Origin: Gemmatimonadaceae bacterium | GTDB lineage: Bacteria > Gemmatimonadota > Gemmatimonadetes > Gemmatimonadales > Gemmatimonadaceae | NCBI GenBank assembly: GCA_035273165.1 | Contig: DATEPP010000139.1 | Location: 158-64,157 of the forward strand | DNA length: 64,000 nt | Reading direction: 5' to 3' | Shown here: positions 26,769 through 35,104 of the stretch, in pieces | Layout of the letters: each line of letters starts with the position of its first letter | Numbering within the stretch: position 1 is the first letter of the stretch | The notes under the pieces: model-generated | Database searches by the model: none | Seen by the model: only the letters and a program-made list of their open reading frames with translations | What the model was told of the DNA's origin: nothing | Program-made: the position numbers and the translations under genes

Positions 26769-27323
26769 ATGGGATTGTTCAGAAAAGAGCGGTCGTCGCC
26801 GCCGCCACGCGCGGAACGGCCGCCGATTGATCGCCTCGACGTGCAGCTCCTGCAGAGCAGCGCCGTCATCCTGTATCACAAGGCGAATCTGCTCGCACAC
26901 GACATCGCCGCGCTCCAACAGTTCGGGTATCGCATTTACACTCTCGATGCCGCGCTCTGGAAGAGCGCCGCGGACTTCCATGCTGCCGCACGGCGGGAGC
27001 TTGCGTTTCCCGACTATTACGCGGCCAACCTCGCTTCGTGGATCGATTGCCTCGGCGAGATCGAGGTGCCTGACGAGGGTGGGGTCGTGATGCAGTTCCG
27101 TCACTTCGACGCGTTCGCGCGGGCCGATCCGCAATTCGCGCACACCCTGCTCGACAGCATCGAATCGGCGTCGCGTCGATTCTTGCTACTTGGACAGAGG
27201 CTGCTCGCGCTCGTGCAGTCGGACGATCCGCGGATTCGATTCGAGCGGATCGGTGCCGTGCCCGTGAACTGGAACCCTCGCGAGTGGCTGGACTCGGACC
27301 GCGGATTGCGGCCCGCCTCCTGA
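26769..27323 (+). CDS. Barstar-family (barnase-inhibitor-like) protein
   Basis: DFHAAARRELAFPDYYAANLASWIDCL aligns with the barstar core [27 protein letters not shown]. Confidence 0.65.
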   Translation: MGLFRKERSSPPPRAERPPIDRLDVQLLQSSAVILYHKANLLAHDIAALQQFGYRIYTLDAALWKSAADFHAAARRELAFPDYYAANLASWIDCLGEIEVPDEGGVVMQFRHFDAFARADPQFAHTLLDSIESASRRFLLLGQRLLALVQSDDPRIRFERIGAVPVNWNPREWLDSDRGLRPAS

Positions 27324-27356
27324 ATCACACTGACTCTTGTCGACGGAGGAGTATCC

Positions 27357-27557
27357 GTGAGCCCGATGCAGCCCGACCGTGATGACGCCCCAACCCCGAA
27401 TGACGAGCCCCGGCGTGGCGAGGAGAGCGGCTCGCAGCCACCCAAACCCAGGAAGGACGAGAGAGCGCCGGACCGGGTCGAGGAGGCGGACCAGGAGAGC
27501 TTTCCAGCCAGCGATCCGCCGTCCTGGTCTCCGCTGGCACCCGGACACAAGCAGTAG
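27357..27557 (+). CDS. Small acidic protein with ESFPASDPP motif
   Basis: 66 aa, GTG start. SFPASDPPSW is a motif I recall from small hypothetical proteins. Confidence 0.45.
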   Translation: MSPMQPDRDDAPTPNDEPRRGEESGSQPPKPRKDERAPDRVEEADQESFPASDPPSWSPLAPGHKQ

Positions 27558-27572
27558 CGTTAGGCGGCGCTC

Positions 27573-27692
27573 GCTGGTGGCTGGTGGCTGGTGGCTGGTG
27601 GCTGGTGACTGGTGGTGAGTGACGGGTGGCGAGTGGCGAGTGAATTCGGAACGAAGCGTTTTCTTACCTAGCACCTAGCACCTAGCACCTGG
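27573..27692. repeat. Composite heptamer-repeat element: (GCTGGTG)x5-7, (GTGGCGA)x2, (CACCTAG)x3-4
   Basis: Direct reading gives 5 perfect GCTGGTG units at 27573-27607 plus degenerate units, gtggcgagtggcga at 27627-27640, and tacctag/cacctag/cacctag/cacctgg at 27665-27692. Lies between convergent genes. Confidence 0.85.
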
Positions 27693-27700
27693 GAGCCCGC

Positions 27701-28057
27701 TCACATCGGCGGGATCGTCAGTACGACGGTGTCGCCCGGGGTGACGACGATCGACTGCGAGACAGGTCCGCGCGGCGTCGCGATCGGGAGGGCCTGAAAG
27801 CGCAGCTCGCGAACGCCGCGGACGACGGTGGCCGGCAGGGTGAAGTAGGCGTTGCTGGTGCCTGTTACCGTACCGAGGCGAATCCGATTGCTGGTCTCCG
27901 GCAGCACGAAGATGTTCATGTCCGGGAAGCCCTGATTCTCGACCTTGAGAACGGTCCGCACCGGCGCCTCCTCCGGCATGTGGCTCGTGTGAGCGCATCC
28001 CGCGCCGGCGACGAGCACGAGACCAAAGGCGGCGATGGTGGGAACGAGGCGTTGCAT
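27701..28057 (-). CDS. Small lipoprotein (paralog of 38220..38600)
   Basis: Only the C-terminal 118 aa of ORF 27701..28669 look real. MQRLVPTIAAFGLVLVAGAGC is a lipobox. Shares the V.NQ.F.DM..(F/Y)V...R.G.V.G.S.A.FTL pattern with 38220..38600. Confidence 0.6.
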   Translation of the reverse strand: MQRLVPTIAAFGLVLVAGAGCAHTSHMPEEAPVRTVLKVENQGFPDMNIFVLPETSNRIRLGTVTGTSNAYFTLPATVVRGVRELRFQALPIATPRGPVSQSIVVTPGDTVVLTIPPM

Positions 28058-28243
28058 TGCGATACTCCTGCCGGCACGAGGCCCGACGCGTTGAGTTCCG
28101 ACGGCGCCGCTGTTCCGGTCGCCGGGTTTGTTAGCTACCATATTCTTCCGCTCGATCGCTGGAATTGTTCCAACCTGCGCGCTGGCAGGCGCAATCTTGC
28201 CTGCGCGCCGATGTTCGTCGCGAACCATTACGGGAGAGCACGC

Positions 28244-28645
28244 ATGCAGCACGGGCTCATGTATCAGGGAAGCTTCGAGAAGAACTATTCGGACTTGGAG
28301 GCTGGGGCCAAGGCGTTTCGTGGCACCGACGACGTCGAACATCGGATTCCGGAATGGCCGGACGACGTCAACGGCGTGAAGATCGGCTACATGGAGAAGT
28401 CCGGGAAGAAGTTCTACGCCGTTCGCGTGCAGTTCGAGGGACACGACATCATTCTCAAGAATCCCGTCCTCCTCGATCAGATGCGGCATCTCGGCAACAA
28501 GCGCTTTGCTCCCGAGCCGACGATGATCACCGACACCATCGCCGAGACGTTGCTCGACGACATGATCGACCGCAATCCGGAGCAGCAGGAGGAACTCGCG
28601 CTCCTCATCAACCGGGTCAACCAGGTGCGGCGCGCGTCGCGCTGA
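28244..28645 (+). CDS. Hypothetical protein
   Basis: ATG 28244 follows gggagag. 133 aa, hydrophilic, no recognised domain. Confidence 0.5.
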   Translation: MQHGLMYQGSFEKNYSDLEAGAKAFRGTDDVEHRIPEWPDDVNGVKIGYMEKSGKKFYAVRVQFEGHDIILKNPVLLDQMRHLGNKRFAPEPTMITDTIAETLLDDMIDRNPEQQEELALLINRVNQVRRASR

Positions 28646-28665
28646 CAGGCGCCGCGCACCTTCGT

Positions 28666-30012
28666 TCACAGAGCGCGCCGGATCTGCTGTGCGGCACGGC
28701 GTCCGGAGGCAATGGCGCCGTGCACGGTGCCCGTTCGCCCTTCGGCGTCGCTCGCTTCGCCGGCGAAGAACAGGGTGCGCCTAACGGGACGCGCCAGCTT
28801 TGCCGGCGCGTCGTTGCCCCCGACGAGCATGTAGCTGTAGGCGCCGCGCGCGTACGGGTCGCTTTCCCAATTGTGAAACCAGGTCGCGGTGACCATGCGC
28901 CGCGCATCGCGACGCGTCAGCCCGAATTGCCGAGCGAGCGCGGCGAGCGCAAGCTCGACTGCCTGATCTTCGCCAACGGCGGAGATTTCTCGCGCGCGTT
29001 TGCCACCGCGCCAGGCGACGAGAATCGGAGCCGAGACTGGATAGGAAGTCCACCAGATGGGAAAATCCGGATCGTCCGTATGGAGGAATCCGAGCCGGTC
29101 CAGGTTCCGATCCTTCGCGCGCCGCGCACAGCGTTCACTCGTCCAGAATGGCTCCCGAACGCGCAACGTTATGCGCGCAACGGCGCCCATCGTCATGCCG
29201 TCGAGCGCGGAGGCTTTGGTCGAGTCGATCGTGAGCGGCGGATCGAACAGCACGGCACCAGGCTCGCCAGGGTTGGCCTGGAGCACGCCTAACGGCAATG
29301 CGATCAGTGCCACTCGCGCCTCGAGACCGCTCGGCATTCCCGACGGCTGTCTCGTCTCGATGCGGACGGTCTGCTTGTCCCAGCGCACGGCGGTCACGAC
29401 CGTTCCGAGTCGGATGCGGTCCCCGATGCCACGTCCGATCCATCTCGCGACCGCGTCGTAGCCACCGAGCACACGGCCGAGCCGGCGCTCGCGGACGTCG
29501 TCGCCAGGGCTGCCACCCTCGGCAAGGGCATGCTCGCTGGCACGCGCCGGGTCCGCGGCGTGAAAGTTCTCCACCCACTGCAGCGCGAATGAGCGAGCGC
29601 GTTGGTCCTGGCGGCCACCAGTATTTAGAGATTGCTCAAACGACCGGTCGGCGCCACTTGCACGGAGTCGCCCCATCGCGGTGGTGAGGCGCTCCCAGAA
29701 ATCGTCAGCCCGGCGGAGGTGACCCCGGTATGACTCCCACCGCTGGCCGTCGATGTCCGCGATGGCAAACGGCGCCTCCCGTGCGATCTCCCGCAGCTCG
29801 GGCGCGCGACCATGCACGAATTCCGCCCCGAGCTCGATCGCGACCGGTAGCGATTCGTCGCCGACGCTGAAGATGCGTCCGCCGACGCGCTCACGCGCTT
29901 CGAGCACGGTGAAATCGATCTCGTGCTCGTGCAGTATCTGCGCTGCCGCGAGACCCGCCACTCCGGCACCGAGAATCGCGACGTCGGTACTTCGCTCGCT
30001 TTCCCTAGACAT
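28666..30012 (-). CDS. FAD-dependent amine oxidase (flavin monoamine oxidase family)
   Basis: Dinucleotide fold VAILGAGVAGLAAA...LEARERVGGRI. C-terminal FFAGEA...GTVHGAI. Confidence 0.8.
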   Translation of the reverse strand: MSRESERSTDVAILGAGVAGLAAAQILHEHEIDFTVLEARERVGGRIFSVGDESLPVAIELGAEFVHGRAPELREIAREAPFAIADIDGQRWESYRGHLRRADDFWERLTTAMGRLRASGADRSFEQSLNTGGRQDQRARSFALQWVENFHAADPARASEHALAEGGSPGDDVRERRLGRVLGGYDAVARWIGRGIGDRIRLGTVVTAVRWDKQTVRIETRQPSGMPSGLEARVALIALPLGVLQANPGEPGAVLFDPPLTIDSTKASALDGMTMGAVARITLRVREPFWTSERCARRAKDRNLDRLGFLHTDDPDFPIWWTSYPVSAPILVAWRGGKRAREISAVGEDQAVELALAALARQFGLTRRDARRMVTATWFHNWESDPYARGAYSYMLVGGNDAPAKLARPVRRTLFFAGEASDAEGRTGTVHGAIASGRRAAQQIRRAL

Positions 30013-30177
30013 TGGAATCGTATCGCAGGCATGAAGCAGACCGATCACGATCGCCTGCGTACAGTAATCGTTCTGACCGCAAGCACACTTCGTTTGTCCA
30101 CGCCCCGCCGGAATGGATCATGCTCGACGACGCATGGTCGATCGAGCGCGGTGAACGGTGAACGGGAGCGAGGGCGG

Positions 30178-31986
30178 ATGAAGGAGAATGGGCGGAAGAA
30201 GAAGGGCGGCGCGGAGGCGCAGTCGTTCACAGTCAGCGATGCAATCGTGCAGCGACTCGCTGCGTGGGGTGTCCGTCGCATCTTCGGCTTCCCGGGTGAC
30301 GGAATCAACGGTGTGCTGGGCGCGCTTCGCCGCGCGGGCGACCGGATCGAGTTCATCCAGGTAGCACACGAAGAGCTCGCCGGTATGGCGGCGTGTGCAC
30401 ACGCGAAGTTCACGGGCGAGCTCGGTGTCTGCCTGTCGACGGGCGGACCCGGATTTATACATATGCTAAACGGCATGTACGACGCGAAGCTCGACCACAT
30501 GCCGCTGCTTGCGATCGTTGGCCAACAGGCGATGGCGGGGATCGGCGGGAGCGAACAGCAGGAAGTCGATCTCCTCCCGCTCGCCAAGGACGTCGCCAGC
30601 TCGTATGTCGAGATGCTTGGCAAGCCGCAGCAGGTGCGACATGTGATCGATCGCGCCATGCGCGTTGCCCTTGGGCATCGCACGGTCACGTGCGTCATCG
30701 TGCCGCACGACCTGCAACGCGAGCCCTATGAGGAACCCAGGCACGAGCACGCCATGCAGCATTCGTCGGTCGCTCTCTCGAGCCCGCGCGTGCTCCCGCG
30801 CGACGAGGATCTGCGCCGCGCGGCCGATGTACTCAACGCGGGTAAGCGAGTCGCCATTCTTGCCGGCGCCGGCGCGCTCCACGCCACCGATGAACTGCTC
30901 GCGGTCGCGGACCGACTCGGCGCGGGGATCGCCAAGGCACTCCTCGGCAAGGCGGCCGTACCCGATGATCTTCCTTACGTCACCGGCTCCGTTGGCTGGC
31001 TTGGCACACGTGCCAGCAACGAGATGATGAAGCAGTGCGATACGCTGCTCATGGTAGGGACGTCGTTTCCGTATACGGAGTTCTTACCGGAAGAGGGAAA
31101 AGCGCGCGGCGTGCAGATCGACGTCGCCCCGGAGAATCTCGCATTGCGCTATCCGGTCGACGTGGCGCTCGTCGGCGACAGCGTGGAAACGTTACGAGCG
31201 CTGTTGCCACTCCTGAAGGAGCGACGGGACGACGCCTGGCGGACGCGCATCGAACAGTCGGTGCGGGAATGGTGGAAGGAAGCCGAGCGCCACGCCTGCG
31301 CGTCGGCGAATCCCGTCAATCCACAACTGCCCTTCTGGGAGCTCTCGAGCCGGCTGCCTGACGACGCGATTCTCACAGGAGACTCGGGATCGTCAACCGT
31401 GTGGCTCGCACGTGACGTTCGGCTCAGGCGCGGTATGAAGCTCTCACTCTCGGGTGGGCTGGCCACGATGGGTTCCGCCTTGCCGTACGCGCTCGCGGCG
31501 AAGTTCGCGTACCCCGATCGCGTCGTCGTGGCGACGAGCGGTGACGGTGCGATGCAGATGGTCGGCAATGCGGCGCTCATCGACATCGCGAAGCATTGGC
31601 GACGGTGGCGCGACCCAAGACTCGTCGTGCTCGTGCTCAACAACCAGGATCTCAACTATGTGACCTGGGAGCAGCGCGTCATGGAGGGGGAGCCAAGGTT
31701 CGACGCGTCTCAGGAGCTTCCCGACGTTCCCTATGCTCGTTATGCAGAGCTGCTGGGGCTGCGCGGCATCCGCGTCGAGACGCCGGAACAGGTTGGCCCC
31801 GCCTGGGACGAGGCCTTCGCGGCAGACCGCCCCGTGCTCATCGAGGCGATGGTGAACGCCGACATTCCAACCGTGCCGCCCACGCTCCGGCCGAAGCAGG
31901 CCAGGGAATTGGAGCACGCACTAGAGCAAGACCCGGCTGCTCCGGCCATCCGTGAGCAGATGCGGCGACAGGAGATCGGATCATGA
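30178..31986 (+). CDS. Thiamine-diphosphate enzyme (pyruvate oxidase/PoxB-like)
   Basis: N-terminal RIFGFPGDGINGV and TPP-binding GDGAMQM...NN motif. About 602 aa from ATG 30178. Confidence 0.85.
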   Translation: MKENGRKKKGGAEAQSFTVSDAIVQRLAAWGVRRIFGFPGDGINGVLGALRRAGDRIEFIQVAHEELAGMAACAHAKFTGELGVCLSTGGPGFIHMLNGMYDAKLDHMPLLAIVGQQAMAGIGGSEQQEVDLLPLAKDVASSYVEMLGKPQQVRHVIDRAMRVALGHRTVTCVIVPHDLQREPYEEPRHEHAMQHSSVALSSPRVLPRDEDLRRAADVLNAGKRVAILAGAGALHATDELLAVADRLGAGIAKALLGKAAVPDDLPYVTGSVGWLGTRASNEMMKQCDTLLMVGTSFPYTEFLPEEGKARGVQIDVAPENLALRYPVDVALVGDSVETLRALLPLLKERRDDAWRTRIEQSVREWWKEAERHACASANPVNPQLPFWELSSRLPDDAILTGDSGSSTVWLARDVRLRRGMKLSLSGGLATMGSALPYALAAKFAYPDRVVVATSGDGAMQMVGNAALIDIAKHWRRWRDPRLVVLVLNNQDLNYVTWEQRVMEGEPRFDASQELPDVPYARYAELLGLRGIRVETPEQVGPAWDEAFAADRPVLIEAMVNADIPTVPPTLRPKQARELEHALEQDPAAPAIREQMRRQEIGS

Positions 31987-33269
31987 AAGCAGTAGTCTTT
32001 CACGGTATCGGGGACATCCGTCTCGAGGACGTCGCGGAGCCAAAGATCAAGGAGGACACCGACGCCATCGTCCGCATTACGGCGAGCGCGATCTGCGGCA
32101 CCGACCTGCACTTCGTGCGCGGCACCGTGCCTGGCTTGAAGAAGGGAACGATTCTCGGACACGAGGCCGTTGGTGTCGTCGAGGAGATCGGGAAGGGTAT
32201 TCGGAATCTGCGCGTGGGTGATCGTGTCGTTGTTCCATCCACCGTCGGATGTGGGTACTGCTCGTACTGCCGCGCTGGATATTTCGCCAAGTGCGACAAC
32301 GCGAATCCGAAGGGCAATAGAGCCCCAACGGTCTTCTTCGGTGGTCCGGCCGAGAATGGCGGACTGGATGGACTGCAAGCCGAGCTCGCGCGCATTCCAT
32401 TCGCCAACGTCGGCCTCGTGAAGCTGCCCGAGAACGTGAGCGACGATCAGGCAATTCTCATCTCCGACATCTTCCCGACGGCGTACTTCGGCGCTCGGCT
32501 CGCTGAAGTGAAGGAAGGGGACACCGTTTGCATCTTCGGCTGCGGCCCGGTGGGGCAGTTCGCGATTGCGAGTGCACGGCTCATGCGAGCCGGTCGCATC
32601 TTCGCCGTCGATTGCGTTCCGTCACGTCTGGAAATGGCACGCGCACAGGGCGCGGAGGTGATCGATTTCGAGAAGGAAGATCCAACCAAGGTGATCGTCG
32701 AGCTGACGGGCGGCATCGGGGTCGATCGCGTCATCGACGCAGTGGGTGTCGACGCCCAGCACGCGCACGGCGGACCCGCCGGCAAGAAGGCAAAGCAGAA
32801 GGAGTCCGAGTTCGAGGAAGAGGTCCGTAAGGTCGCGCCGGAGCAGCATCCAGCGGGCGAGAACTGGAAGCCGGGCGACGGACCGACGCAAGTACTGCGT
32901 TGGGCCGTCGAAGTCGTCGCGAAGGCGGGATCGCTCGGAATCATCGGCGTCTATCCGCCTACGGTGGAGAGCTTTCCGATCGGGCAGGCGATGGGAAAGA
33001 ACCTCACGATCAAAGCGGGCGACTGCAATCATCGCCGGTACATCCCGAGGCTCGTCGAGCTCGTCGCTTCGGGTGCGTTCGACCCGACGGAGATTCTCAC
33101 ACAGGTCGAGCCAATGGCCGACGTCATCGACGCTTACAAGGCTTTCGATCGACGTGCCGAAGGGTGGATCAAGGTGGAGTTGAAGCCCTCCCGTTCCAGG
33201 CCGAAGGAGAAGCGTCGGGAGGCACCCTCCCGATCGCATCGTCACGCCGAGGGGGAGGCACGCGCCTAA
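31983..33269 (+). CDS. Zinc-dependent alcohol dehydrogenase (formaldehyde-dehydrogenase-like) with basic C-terminal tail
   Basis: GHEAVGVVEEIG and the structural zinc Cys cluster CGYCSYC..C. NAD fold GCGPVGQ. The TAA stop lies inside an octamer copy. Confidence 0.85.
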   Translation: MKAVVFHGIGDIRLEDVAEPKIKEDTDAIVRITASAICGTDLHFVRGTVPGLKKGTILGHEAVGVVEEIGKGIRNLRVGDRVVVPSTVGCGYCSYCRAGYFAKCDNANPKGNRAPTVFFGGPAENGGLDGLQAELARIPFANVGLVKLPENVSDDQAILISDIFPTAYFGARLAEVKEGDTVCIFGCGPVGQFAIASARLMRAGRIFAVDCVPSRLEMARAQGAEVIDFEKEDPTKVIVELTGGIGVDRVIDAVGVDAQHAHGGPAGKKAKQKESEFEEEVRKVAPEQHPAGENWKPGDGPTQVLRWAVEVVAKAGSLGIIGVYPPTVESFPIGQAMGKNLTIKAGDCNHRRYIPRLVELVASGAFDPTEILTQVEPMADVIDAYKAFDRRAEGWIKVELKPSRSRPKEKRREAPSRSHRHAEGEARA

Positions 33270-33273
33270 CGAA

Positions 33274-33738
33274 ATGCCCGGATCGCCATTCCCGGTCGTC
33301 CGCCAGGTCTCGGCCGGAGGCGTGGTCTATCGCCGCGCCGCCGGCCGAGCGGAAGTTGCCATGGTACGCGTGGGCCCGAAGCGTCGCTGGCAGCTCCCAA
33401 AGGGAATCGTCGATGAAGGGGAAAAGCCGGAGGAGACGGCTGTCCGGGAGGTTCGTGAGGAGGCGGGAGTCAACGCACGGATCGTGGCTCCGCTGGACAT
33501 GATCGAGTACTGGTATGTCGGTAACGACCGCGATGGGCGGCGTGTCCGCTTCCACAAGTTCGTGCACCTCTATCTTCTGGTGTACGAGTCAGGCGACGTT
33601 GCCGACCACGACCATGAAGTTGATGAGGCACGCTGGGTGCCGCTGGCGGACGCGACGGCAATGCTTGCGTTCGACAGCGAACGAAAAGCGATGAACCAGG
33701 CGGCCGCCCGCATCGGTGCTGAGCGTCCATCCATGTAA
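33274..33738 (+). CDS. NUDIX hydrolase
   Basis: Nudix box LPKGIVDEGEKPEETAVREVREEAGV. Confidence 0.8.
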   Translation: MPGSPFPVVRQVSAGGVVYRRAAGRAEVAMVRVGPKRRWQLPKGIVDEGEKPEETAVREVREEAGVNARIVAPLDMIEYWYVGNDRDGRRVRFHKFVHLYLLVYESGDVADHDHEVDEARWVPLADATAMLAFDSERKAMNQAAARIGAERPSM

Positions 33739-33813
33739 CTGCCCCTGTCCGAAAGCGCGTTCTCGAATAGATTTGGAACGTTCCCCGTCGAGATCGTCGA
33801 ACCTTTCCACACA

Positions 33814-34410
33814 TTGACAATGGATGCGACGACTGCGCTAGCGATATATCGGGCTGAGAAGGACAAGGCGCTCCGAGAGCGCCGCGTTTCGCACGTTCAG
33901 CTCATGGCGGAAGCACAGGAGGCTTTTCGTAAGATGTTGGCGGACGCTCAGTTAGCGAGGAAGGGCGGCCGTCCGAAGGGGAGCACCAATGCCGCCTCCG
34001 CAGCTCCGGCAGCGTCAGTCGTAACGCCGCAGAGCGTGGCAGTAAATACGAGCAAGCTCGTCTTCAAGCCCACGAAGGCTGCACCGTCAAAAGCGCCAGA
34101 GAAGGTTACGCCTCCGGTAGAGGCCTCTTCCAAGATGCGGCCCGCTGCGCAAAAGGCGGCGGCCGGCAAGGTTGCGGCGTCCAAGGTCGAGAAGCGGCCG
34201 GCGGAGAAGCGGACTGCGGAGAAGCCGACTTCAGAGAAGGCTACTTCAGAGAAGCGACGCGCGTCAGCGAAGGCCAAGCCCGCGGCTAAAGCTGCAAAGC
34301 GGACAGCCTCTGCCTCCGCGCCCGCGCGGAAGGGTTCGGCAAAGAAGGCGGCCGCGCCTCGCAAACAGGCGGCCGCGCGAGAGCGGAAGCCCAAGAGCCG
34401 CAAGCGCTGA
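33814..34410 (+). CDS. Histone H1-like Lys/Ala-rich nucleoid-associated protein
   Basis: The C-terminal two-thirds are K/A/P-rich with EK(R/P)xAEK pentapeptide repeats and a KKAAAPRKQAAARERKPKSRKR tail. Confidence 0.6.
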   Translation: MTMDATTALAIYRAEKDKALRERRVSHVQLMAEAQEAFRKMLADAQLARKGGRPKGSTNAASAAPAASVVTPQSVAVNTSKLVFKPTKAAPSKAPEKVTPPVEASSKMRPAAQKAAAGKVAASKVEKRPAEKRTAEKPTSEKATSEKRRASAKAKPAAKAAKRTASASAPARKGSAKKAAAPRKQAAARERKPKSRKR

Positions 34411-34432
34411 CCGGACGCTGGTTCGCATGACG

Positions 34433-34471
34433 GAAGAGCCTCGAGGTTGTACTCGGGGCTCTTCTCATTTT
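34433..34471 (+). terminator. Rho-independent terminator-like hairpin
   Basis: GAAGAGCCTCGAG-gttgta-CTCGGGGCTCTTC forms a 13-bp stem with one G-U pair, followed by tcatttta. Confidence 0.55.
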
Positions 34472-34558
34472 ACCGCCCTGGCGACGGAGCGCTGAATCGG
34501 CGTATGATGCGGCGCCGAACGGCCCTCGGATCCTACCGTCTTCAATCGCCGCCGCACT

Positions 34559-35104
34559 ATGCTCTCGCACTGTCGCCTCGCTGTCGCGCTGACCGTCGCA
34601 CTCGCCTGCGGCAACCGTGATGAGCGGCGGCACGTTGCGGCGGACTCTGTGGCGCCGCCTCCAGCGGCAACACAGACCGCCGCGCCGTCGACCAGCAAGG
34701 AGAAATGTCCGGCGAACGGCCAGTGGTCGGAATGCGCAGTCTTCGACCGATTGGACCACGCGGGCCTCGCTCCCCGGCGGGACAGCAGCGGCATGATCGA
34801 CCTCGCCCCCCTCACGGTGAGAGGGTCGCGTCTGTCAGTGGGCAACTCGGAGCTGGATGTGTTCATCTATCCCGATACCGCCAGCCGGGCGCGGGACGAA
34901 GCGCGCCTCGATCGGAGCAAGTACATCGAGGCGACGGCCGAGCCGACGCTTCGCGGCGAGGCAACGCTGATCCGCAATGTGAATCTTCTTGCGGTGCTGC
35001 GGAGCCAAAACGACCATCAGCGAGAGCGCGTGTCGGATGCGCTTTCGGCAGGTCCGCCGCAGGCGCCGCGCGCTACAACCCTTCCCGATACCAGGGCTCG
35101 CTGA
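34559..35104 (+). CDS. Putative lipoprotein
   Basis: MLSHCRLAVALTVALACG has a lipobox. 181 aa. Confidence 0.5.
   Translation: MLSHCRLAVALTVALACGNRDERRHVAADSVAPPPAATQTAAPSTSKEKCPANGQWSECAVFDRLDHAGLAPRRDSSGMIDLAPLTVRGSRLSVGNSELDVFIYPDTASRARDEARLDRSKYIEATAEPTLRGEATLIRNVNLLAVLRSQNDHQRERVSDALSAGPPQAPRATTLPDTRAR

Noticed and set aside
27573-27607. GCTGGTGG repeats as functional Chi sites.
   Set aside because: The identity to E. coli Chi follows automatically from the GGTGGCT heptamer. Chi sequences are lineage-specific, and the recombinase type and Chi of this organism are unknown. I noted it as a curiosity only.
27573-27692. Heptamer arrays as a CRISPR array.
   Set aside because: The units are 7 bp and contiguous with no spacers, and there are no cas genes or leader sequence. 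These are simple tandem repeats, not CRISPR.
27701-28669. 322-aa ORF on the minus strand.
   Set aside because: Only the last 118 aa (from ATG 28057, with lipobox) look like a real protein. The upstream part overlaps a better plus-strand gene (28244..28645) and has shadow-frame composition.
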